DNA of 63,434 bases, counting the filler, from Octopus bimaculoides (Eukaryota): assembly GCF_001194135.2 (NCBI RefSeq). It is 4 parts of 3 records of this genome, joined end to end, with 100 filler letters (N's around TTAATTAATTAA, not from the genome) between each part and the next. Parts side by side here need not be neighbours in the genome. Positions count along the whole stretch, not along the records: positions 50,185 to 61,464 come from NC_068995.1; positions 61,565 to 63,434 come from NW_026434384.1; 2 more parts are not named here. The stretch is one strand, 5' to 3'. Shown piece by piece: positions 53,600 to 63,434 of this stretch (position 1 is its first letter; each line of letters opens with the position of its first letter). Below the pieces are notes generated by a model, which ran no database searches, was not told the DNA's origin, and was given only the letters and a program-made list of their open reading frames with translations. Made by a program: the position numbers and the translations under genes.

Positions 53600-54277
53600 T
53601 CATAATAAATGACAAATTCAATAATCCAGTTCCAGTCATCTGTCGGATTAATCCACAATTCTTCTGAGTGTTGTAACCAGCCTATGTTCTTTTCACCGTG
53701 GTATAGAGTATCCAAAGGAGGAATGGGGAGGTGTTCTGTTTGCCATTGATATCGGAACATTAGACAAGGACTGGTTTTTTTCAGGTGTCCGTCTACTCAC
53801 CTGTTAGAGTTGATGTATTTACTGGGCCGAGATGGATAGCAAACATAGTGTTGCAATGAGGGAAACTGGAATTGCATCAGAAACAATTGTTAACTGGTAC
53901 AATTACTTCTGCGATGTTTGTGCCATGCGGTGCATTGACAAACCTGTGCAACAGGAAGTACCATCACAGTCATTATCAGCAAAGTCACTTGGTTCTTACA
54001 ATGATCAAAAGCAGCAAATCTAAACTGCATTTTAATTCCTGTCCAAGACAGAAGTGCAGGCAGCAACATTATTGCCTATAATTAACAGGCACATGCTGCC
54101 AGGAACTAAAATTTTTACAGACTACTGTCAGGCATATGACTTCGCACTTCATTGTGTGAGCTTTGCTGACTCCAACGATGCCACAATTCACACGAACACA
54201 GTGGACAGCATGTGGAGTCACGTTAAGGCTATATATCGTAATATGCAATGGTACCTCTGATGGTTTACTTTCGACAT
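53600..54277 (+). mobile_element. Decayed Merlin (IS1595/ISXO2-like) transposase remnant in RPL24 intron 2
   Basis: RETGIASETIVNWYNYFCDVC, AATLLPIINRHMLPGTKIFTDYCQAY and HTNTVDSMWSHVK match the ISXO2-like DDE domain pattern. Confidence 0.8.
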
Positions 54278-54939
54278 GGTACTATTCAAGAAGAGTGGTC
54301 CCGGTGCGCGCATTCGCCAACGCGCGTAAGCCCAAAACATGTAAACAAAGTAAATTTTTTTTTTTGTTAAATCTTCCCCCATCTTACTTTTAAAACGTCG
54401 TTTTACGTTCTTCCAGGGTGTATTTTGGTGTCACATCTATTTCAGTAATCCCATTGTATGCACTCCAACAATCATAATATATAGTCGTCCCTGGTTTGAT
54501 AAATAAGTGGTAGAAGAGTTTCAGAAGAACGGTCAGGTACAAAGACTAAAAACCTATTTTTATCCTCCCTGTCCCATCCAGGATAAAAATAGGTTTTTAG
54601 TCTTTGTACCTAAGCGTTCTTCTGAAACTCTTCTACCACTTATTAAAAAAATTATCAAACCAGGAACGACTATATATTCTGATTGTTGGAGTGCGTACAA
54701 TGGGATTACTGAAATAGATACGACACCAAAATACACCCTGGAAGAACGTAAAATGACGTTTTAAGAGTAAGATAGGGGAAGATTCAACAAAAAGAAAAAA
54801 TTATTTACTTTGTTTTAAAAAAAACCCCGCATACATGCATACATGTTTTGCGCATTCGCGCTAGATAGTCGTTGTAGGATCGACAAGTCACGACTAGCTA
54901 GCGCGGATGCGCACCGGACCACTCTTCTTGAATAGTACC
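54278..54939. mobile_element. Merlin-derived foldback element: whole-length palindrome with GGTACTATTC... TIRs
   Basis: The left end ggtactattcaagaagagtggtcc is the exact reverse complement of the right end. The arms pair inward to a 13-nt loop (54567-54579). The right arm encodes FLVFVPKRSSETLLPLIKKIIKPGTTIYSDCWSAY. Confidence 0.88.
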
Positions 54940-55914
54940 CTACAAATATACCTCGGACAATGTAGATTCCGAGAACATAGGAATTTGGGGGAAAAACAAT
55001 TGGGGGTTACTTTTGAGGGCCATTCCCCACTTGGGGGTGTTTCGGAACAAGTCGTCCATATTTGTTTTTCTCCGTTTTGTGCGTTTGTGCATCCGTAGAT
55101 TTCTAGTACTCAGACATATATATGTAATTAAAAAAAGTTCAAACGGGGAATTATTCTATTCAATGTCTTTCTGTTAGAAACGTTTAGACCTTTAGCTAGT
55201 ATTTCTAGTATAACGAGTTTTCTGTTGCTTCAGTAGAAATCCAATGAAATGACAGTGAGGTAATTGCTTCTATCAAAATCGTTCACCTTTCAAGCGAAAA
55301 AAAAACCCCGACATATACGATAGGTATGTAAAATATATTTGGTGTACCTGTTTCTCTATTCATTCGGATAAACTGTAGAAATTGTTGCACAGACGCACTC
55401 ACAAACACAAAAGTTCTCCAGACATTTAGCTGTTATTTTTAGCATATCAAGTTTCGTGGTGAGGGCATCATATTACCGTGATCTTTTTGCTGTTTCACTA
55501 TAAATCTACGCATGCGGAAGCGGACAAAACAGCCGTTCATTTTTACTTTTACACAACGGGACGGGGTAGCGAGGAGGTTGATTAATTTTGGAGTTTTCCA
55601 TCAAAAATTTGAAATTAAAATGTCCCCCCACCATATTTTTCCACGTAGATTGAAATATAAATTTCAAAAAAGTGGAAGTGGGGAATTAAAAATTTTGAAA
55701 ACGTGTTTTTTTGTAATTTAAACAATTTATTCACAATACCCTGTGTATGTGTGTGTGCATATATAATCGTTGTGTATTGATATTGGTATTTTTTAATGAC
55801 AAAACCGCTGTTTGACATGAAAGATAAACGTTAGAAATAAGGATATAGAAATTGCAGCTACACCTTGAACAAACACACAGTTCTAAGACATACGAAACCA
55901 ATTTCAAAACTTAC

Positions 55915-55990
55915 CTTGCCATCGGCTTTAACCATGCGCTTCCCATGACCAGGATAAATTTTATAACCACTGAAACTGCAAACTTCAATC
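55915..55990 (-). CDS. RPL24: RPL24 coding exon 2 (76 nt; [26 protein letters not shown])
   Basis: Bounded by cttacag| acceptor and AAG|gtaagt donor. The peptide matches the conserved eL24 N-terminus C[12 protein letters not shown]. Confidence 0.97.
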
Positions 55991-56121
55991 CTGTAAGTAT
56001 AAAAATACATACATATGTTTAAATATATACATACAAATTATCAATATTAGCCAACAATAACTTAGATTTAGCAATTGAAATGTATGATTTTTTTGCGGAT
56101 AAGATTATATCAGGTACTTAC

Positions 56122-56126
56122 TTCAT
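56122..56126 (-). CDS. RPL24: RPL24 coding exon 1 (ATG AA)
   Basis: Minus strand reads ...gtcgtcatc ATG AA|gtaagt with a consensus donor at 56116-56121. It splices in frame to exon 2 to give MKIEVC. Confidence 0.9.
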
Positions 56127-56160
56127 GATGACGACTTTACAAGAGACCGGATGAGGAAAT
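56127..56160 (-). promoter_or_regulatory. RPL24 short 5' UTR and pyrimidine-rich initiator (TCT/5'TOP-like)
   Basis: Minus strand reads TTTCCTCATCCGGTCTCTT about 30 nt upstream of the ATG. Ribosomal protein genes typically start in a polypyrimidine tract. The TSS is not experimentally located. Confidence 0.5.
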
Positions 56161-57094
56161 GACAACAGTATCACACCTAATATTTACGCGCTAAATAATT
56201 AACACCGAAACTAAGAAGAATTTCAGAAATGTGTACGCTAATATTGCTTTTAAATTATAATATTAATTTTCAAATCCATTATTTCATATAAGTATATTAA
56301 ATATAATTTTTTTTTAATTAGGTACCTCGGAATTCAAGTTCAAGATGGAAGACGTTTTAGAAAACTGATTGTAATGTAAGTAATTAACCTCAGTAATTAT
56401 ATATTTTTAAACAATATTGTAGTTCTATTAAAATTTTATTGGTATCTAGGAAACCTTCTAGTAATTTGTTAGGCCCTAGTGTGCAATGCGTCCTCTAAAA
56501 CGACACAGTCGATGATCGTCAAATGGATGTTTATGTTTTGGGGTATTTCGAATTTATCACCATTGACGAATTGAGCCGGTTTCTAAAGTGGCATTACTAC
56601 AGATGTGTACCCCACCGACTTTGTTATGGTCAATCAATATACAGCTTAAGCCCTGGTCACGAAAACAAAACAAAAAGAACAGCCTACAAGGTGTAAAGAA
56701 TGTATAGAAAACATTCTTTATTTTGTATATTTTTCATTTGTCTTCCCGCTTATGTTCTGGTGTTTGCTGAATTTTTTCTGGAGAACATTATTTTTCTTTG
56801 TGGTTGGGTCGTTGATGGCCTCTTTCTAGCATATCGGATGTCCACTGAGTGGTCATCCCTACTTATACGCATGTAATACAATTTTTCTGAATTTTCAGAT
56901 TTTTTATATGCTAGGCCACTGGTTTTAAATTGATGTTAATTACATTAATATTCAATTTATCACCCTCAGCATATAAATGTTAATCTAAATAATTTTGTTC
57001 TCTAGCTGGCAACATATACTACATTGAATTATCCTCTGCAGAACTGTTTCCGGGATTTAGCGCGCCAGAGCTGAGACATTTGAAAATAACCCCA

Positions 57095-57126
<32 letters not shown>

Positions 57127-57704
57127 CCAACCTGAATTTCCACAGGGCGGACTGGAAGTCAATTCGCAAAGAGATTCAAATCAAAACTGGCATGACAGCC
57201 TTTCTATACAAGACAATGACCTCAAATTAAGTCATTTTATGTCAACCATACAAAACATATGCGCCAAATATGTACCAAAAATAAAGGCCAGCAAACATCA
57301 TCATCATCATCATCGTTTAACGTCCGCTTTNNNNNNNNNNNNNNNNNNNNNNNNNNNNNNNNNNNNNNNNNNNNNNNNNNNNNNNNNNNNNNNNNNNNNN
57401 NNNNNNNNNNNNNNNNNNNNNNNNNNNNNNTATATATGTATATATATGTATATATATTTATGTATGTATGTATACATATATGTATATATATGCATATATA
57501 TGCATTCCCCTTTCTTGAAAATTTGGCATGCAATGAAAGCCGGTTTGAAATCCTTTTTGATCTTCCTTACACCCATTTATATTAAAAAATGCTTTCAGTC
57601 TAGCATTCTGCCTTATTTTTTTCTTTCCAATCATTTCTCCACGTGCTGTTAATACAACCCCACCATTTACTGACTTGTACCTTGTACCACATGTGTGATA
57701 CAGA

Positions 57705-60700
57705 ATGCCACCTAAAAACAACCCCACACTTCCAGAGAAAGTCACCAATGAGACCATCCTGAAAGAACTCAAAGTACTTAACACATACCTACTCACACTT
57801 TCCAACAAAATTGACGAACTTTTCCATCAAACCCGGGATACCTCAGAAAACAACCCTCATCAACAACTTTCGGATAAGGTTAATGAAAACCTAAATGAAA
57901 TTAACACTACACTGAAAACTTTACTTATCAACCTATCATCGAAGGAACCGCATACACCACCCAACACACAGAATGAACACACTTCAACTCCAGCACAACA
58001 CATTAAAAACCAGATCTACACTACCTGGACCAAGAAACTACACAACAGAAAACTTCTCTTCTAGAACATGCTTCAAAGCCACAACAAAGCTGAAATTTAC
58101 GGCAAGTGGTTAAACTATACCCCGTAAATTCCAAATTAAACACGTCCCAGACAAACCAGAACAACAACGCTCCCTAAGAGAAAAACTAACATTGGAGAGA
58201 ATGAAAACTGAAGTAGAACTTTTAAAACTCAGAGCACAAAACCACGAACAAAAATACACAAAAATAGACGATGAGATGCCTTTGGAACTTACCTCACACA
58301 CCAATGAACCATCCCTCGAACATGTTATTAAGCTGCGGAAAGATGAATGTGAAAAGGAAGAACTAACTTCCCTTAAACGCTGGGAAAACAACAAAAATTT
58401 CTTCCACGACTATGAAACACAATTCATACTAAACCACAAATCCAAAGACCCATTCGTAAAAGGACTCACAACACACACTACTACTGTTCCCCATAAACAC
58501 CACCCCAAACCACACCACAGGCACACATACTCTTCAACCCCCCCTCCAAACAGGACACAACCTCCCCCAACCCTACAAAAAACCCTTTTCTCCCCGTAAA
58601 AATTCAAACAAAACCCAACTCAAAACCTGGATCTTTAATCATTCTAACCCTCCTCCCCCACCGACAAGAAGCATCAAGAACTCCCCATACACTAGGAATT
58701 ATCCCCATCTCAATGCTCTCCACTCGCACTAATAACAAACAAGGAATCCTACCCACACCTAAACATAGAGTTCCCACCCAAGTAACCCCATACCGTCCAC
58801 CCAACCAACACCCACAATCATACCACATTTCCTACAGATCTTCAAACCCTCACATCCCACACCAACATAATCACTATAATTACCTACACCCTCCAACCTC
58901 TCATACAGTCCACCCTACAAACACTCACAAACCCACCGCATTTCTCACAAAACCTTAAACCATCACATCCCATACCAACATAAGCACTACAACTACCTGT
59001 CCCCTTCCAACCTCTCCTCCCAACAACACCCCTACCCCTACTACCAGAACACTAATAATCACTACACCCCTTACTTCAACAACCATTTTTTAGACAGAGT
59101 GGAGAAAAACAGGCACTACCGCTAACACAGACCCATAAAAAGGAAACTAAAATTATAAATCTCTCTAATAAAACCCTTACATCAGCCCAAATTAACATCC
59201 TAGCCAGAGGCTTGAAATTCACACCCACCCCAAGAACACCCAGCTTCCTTCTGAGATCAAAGATGACATTTCAGAATCTTGCAGAAAGCTTCGTCTAACA
59301 GAAGCTTTTACAGACCTCAACAACGAGGACGATTCAATTGTTAAAAACAAAAGCAACTACCTACCATCCAAAGGAGGAAACAAAGCACTGGGCGATTTTT
59401 GCAACCACATCCAGAGTTTCGCCTTTACCCCACCCAAAACCAAGGTTAAGTTCAACTTTAGTAGCAAAGAATGGAAAAACTTAAGAGACCTACAATAGGA
59501 CAAACGCCTTACTATCAAAGAAGCCGACAAAGGTAATATTGTACTCCTTATGGACACAGATTTTTGCAAACACCTAGTGCTCTCCTTACTAAACGACAAC
59601 TCTTTCTATGAAATGATCACTAACTATAAACAACAAAAACACTCAAAAACCTCACCACTCTTATACTCCAAACACGGTCAAGAGCTCACAGAAAAAGAAA
59701 AAGATTATATCACTAATTTTAAATGCAAGCCCAGCCTCTTCTATGGTCTCCCTAAGGTCCATAAAAACAAATCCATCACCGAAGCCTGAAAACTCTCCTC
59801 TGACATCCACATCAACATCAAGGCACTGGAAGACTTAAAACTAAGACCCATTATAGCTGGCACCTCCTGCTTAAGCAATTTCCTGGACATCCTTTTGAAA
59901 TCTTTACTCAGTCACATCAAAAGTTTCATTAGAGATGATCTTGACATGCCCAAGCACCTCCCGAAAACAACCAGCGGGGAGGCATTCTTGGTTTCCTTTG
60001 ATGTTATCAACCTCTATACCAACATCCCACATGAATATGGTATTGAGGCAATTGAATTCTGGATGGAGAAACACCCAGAAGCATTTCTTAACCGCATTAG
60101 TAAGACCTTCATTACGGAATCACTCAAATTCATTCTGACAAACAATTATTTCCCGTTCGAAAACACACACTAAAATGTGGTATCGCAATGGGTACCAAAG
60201 CTGCACCGGTCCTTGCGAACCCTATAATGGGCTTCTTCGAACTATCACTCTATGAGATATCACACCAGAAATTTGGACACCTTTTCTACATCTACTTAAT
60301 GGAAAACTGGAAAAGATACCTAGATGATTGTTTCACCATATGGAAAGAATCTTATGAAAAACTTCTGGAATTCAAAACCACACTTAACAATATACATCCC
60401 AACATTCAAATCACTATGGAATTCAGCAAGCATCATCTCCCTTTTCTTGATCGCCTAATTATTAAAACACCTAACAACCAAATCACAACCGACATCACAA
60501 ACCTACAGACTCACAACAATACCTCCTCTTCAGCTCATGCCACCCAAAACACACCAAGATAAATATCCCCTTCAACTTAGCTAAATGGATTTGCACCATT
60601 GTCTCTGACCCAGCCACCCGAGGAATACGCTTACAGGACCTAAAAAAAACACTATTACAACGCCAATATCCCTCCACACTCATAGACTATGGAATAAAAC

Positions 60701-61464
60701 GTGCCAAGGAACTCGACAATAATGCACTAAAAACCACCCAACACAGTAACACACCCAACCTCAAAATACGTCCATACATTTCCACCCACAACCCCCAAAA
60801 CATCGAAGCATACACCACAATCATACAAAACCTCCCCTTACTGACAACGGACCAGAAAATGAATAATGTTATCAATACACATAAAATCCTTAAATGCAAA
60901 AGGCAACACAAATCATTGAAAAAACTCTTAACAAATGCCAAAGTACACACACCACATCCACCCCCATCAGTTAAAAATGTGCACGCCCTAACTGTGGTAC
61001 CTGCCCCTACCTACTTGAAGGCTCTGAATTTACTTTCAAACAAGGAACAAAATCTAAAATCAAGACCAACTTCTCTTGCATAAGCATCCTGTTGACAAAG
61101 AAACCAGCATTCCAATTTAAAGAGCACAAAACCCACAGAATTGTCTCCCCTTATCCACAGGAACTTGATAACTCCTACCACATTTCTTGTTTGACACATA
61201 AATATCCAGCCTTCTTGAAAAAAAAANNNNNNNNNNTCCTTAAATGCAAAAGGCAACACAAATCATTGAAAAAACTCTTAACAAATGCCAAAGTACACAC
61301 ACCACATCCACCCCCATCAGTTAAAAATGTGCACGCCCTAACTGTGGTACCTGCCCCTACCTACTTGAAGGCTCTGAATTTACTTTCAAACAAGGAACAA
61401 AATCTAAAATCAAGACCAACTTCTCTTGCATAAGCATCCTGTTGACAAAGAAACCAGCATTCCA
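57705..61464 (+). mobile_element. Decayed Penelope-like retroelement (probably Neptune-type) with RT and Cys linker
   Basis: Motifs are split over several frames: FYGLPKVHK, LRPIIAG, LVSFDVINLYTNIPH, MGTKAAPVLAN, WKRYLDDCF, LPFLD and the linker KCARPNCGTCPY (about 60975-61010). There are multiple stops and frameshifts. The element is truncated at the scaffold end. Confidence 0.88.
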
Positions 61465-61564
61465 NNNNNNNNNNNNNNNNNNNNNNNNNNNNNNNNNNNN
61501 NNNNNNNNTTAATTAATTAANNNNNNNNNNNNNNNNNNNNNNNNNNNNNNNNNNNNNNNNNNNN
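61465..61564. other. Artificial scaffold-joining spacer
   Basis: Same 44N/12/44N structure. Confidence 0.95.
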
Positions 61565-62582
61565 TGTGTTTGTGCGTGTGTATGTGTGTTTGTGTAGACA
61601 TATTTTTGAATTTATCTCTGTTTATATACATAGTGATATGAAGATACCTAGGTATACATATACAGATGGATATATCTATGTACGAATGTATGTAAGATGG
61701 CGAATTGATATTAGGTGGTAGTGCAAATTACCATGTAATATTTGTTTCAGTTTTCTGCTATCTTATTTCAAATCCCATCCATATCAAATAGGCGTTTCTC
61801 TCTTTTGAGGTCTACAGCAAGGTAAGAGTCTAGATTAATAGATTTCTGGTATAGTGAAACGATCTGATGTGACACATTGCAATATCTCGTCCGATACTTT
61901 TACATCTAAATGCAACGCTTGCTATGTCCTTAGTCCCAAGCAGTATCCGATCATCTTTCCTTTGGAATGAATCAGTAACAATTAATGACAGGACAAAATA
62001 ATCAAAGTCATGTGCATTGCAATGCCATAGTGTAATAAAGTAGATACCGAAGAAACTGGAAAACATGAAAACCATTCGGAGAAGTGAAGACTAAATCAAG
62101 AATTATTCCTATAGTAGTTAGAATACTTGACACAACTTCTAAACAGCTATCTAAGTGACAGAGGTATATCTAAACTGAGGCTGCAGGAAAGTGTAGTCCT
62201 ATATACTGCAAGATACCCATGAATGATTTGTAACTTGCACACACTTCAAAGTTGAGTGAGGAAAAGAAGGTTAGGAAATTCGTCAGCTGCAAGAGGTTTG
62301 GTGGGGAGACGACCTCGTTGTGGACGACAGCATTTCAAATATGGGTTGTTCTCCCCTTATTGTTACAGACGGTTTATTTGCGAAGTAGAAAATGCTCTTT
62401 AAGGTGCAAAACTTACTACAAAATACCAGCCAAGTCTCCTGGTGTTCTTAATGACAAAACATATCAAAAGTTCTACATATAAACAGACGCCAACCAGTTG
62501 AAAACAACGACATCAACGGAAACTTAAGCGGTGTGGTCAAAAATATGTCTGAGCGATTCTGTAAATCAATAATTATAATGGC

Positions 62583-62643
<61 letters not shown>

Positions 62644-63434
62644 GTGACGACGACGACGACGATGATGAGGATGGGGATGACGGCGTCGACGATGAAGATA
62701 GTAATAACAACACAAACAACAAAAACAGCAGCAATAATCACAATAACAATTACAGCAGTAACAACAAAAACAGCAGCAATAATAATAATCGTCATCGTCA
62801 TCATTCTGGAGCTATAAACACGAAGGATAACAGCGGCCACTCCACAAGATTCAGTGCGCGATAAATCTATATTGATGTACTATATTAAATTTGTTACACT
62901 CATGCTTGGAATATTAATTGAATATAAGTCTAAGAAACAGAATAAGACAAGCCATGTGATGCGATTCAGAAACTGTGTGCACGCACCCATCATATTCAAT
63001 AAAGCAACCTTTTACATTTTAACGCAATTAATCGTGTTTCAAAACTGATTTACTATTCTGTGCAATGTGGTTGCAAAGAACTTATTTTTCTCCATAGATC
63101 AAATAATGACCAGCTCTATAATCAGTTTTTTCCAGGATAACTACAAGAGAGGATATTATCTCTGCCCATCAGTAGCGTAGATCATTTGTACACCTACATT
63201 TCAAAACGGAATCTCTGTTATTACCATCAATTACACCAGTTTTGAAATCATTCTCTCGCTTCTCCTGGAAGTGCTTCTTTTCAACCAATAGATCGATATA
63301 CTTTGTACTATATATCCCTTTTGATATAGTTACTGATTCAGAAATGCTTGTGCGTTTTAGAGGTAGTTAGCTTCAAACATTCTATATAAAGAATAACAAC
63401 CATGTTATACACGGAATTTGTCATTTGTGTGAAA

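Noticed and set aside
52327-55914. Intronic box C/D snoRNA in RPL24, as often hosted by RP genes
   Set aside because: I found no convincing RUGAUGA...CUGA pair with terminal stem on the sense strand. An H/ACA RNA cannot be excluded without a covariance-model search.
60888-61464. Apparent ~228-bp tandem duplication within the Penelope-like element
   Set aside because: The two copies appear identical and are separated by a 10-N gap, typical of an unmerged contig overlap.

Overview
AT-rich, microsatellite-saturated animal genomic DNA. The SINE families and repeat landscape look like an octopus or other coleoid cephalopod assembly (inference from pattern recognition, not a database search). The window is not one locus: three identical 100-bp spacers (44 N + TTAATTAATTAA + 44 N) at 18856-18955, 50085-50184 and 61465-61564 join four independent scaffolds. 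The only confidently identified host gene is RPL24 (60S ribosomal protein L24) on the minus strand. Coding exons 1-3 (aa 1-109) are present; the C-terminal exon(s) are not visible and presumably lie beyond the scaffold end. Most other sequence is transposon-derived: tRNA-derived SINEs, a stop-free L1/Tx1-type endonuclease ORF, R4/Dong-like RLE LINE ends nested in (TAA)n and (CATA)n tracts, a decayed Penelope-like element, mariner, maT-like and Merlin transposase remnants, and foldback MITEs. The best leads are a candidate poison or alternative exon in RPL24 intron 3, a ~660-bp near-perfect Merlin-derived palindrome in RPL24 intron 2, a minimal hammerhead ribozyme motif, a pre-miRNA-like hairpin, and a splice-bounded exon just upstream of and divergent from RPL24. 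Most ORFs in the supplied track are microsatellite or N-run artefacts. Repeat boundaries were placed by eye and are approximate.
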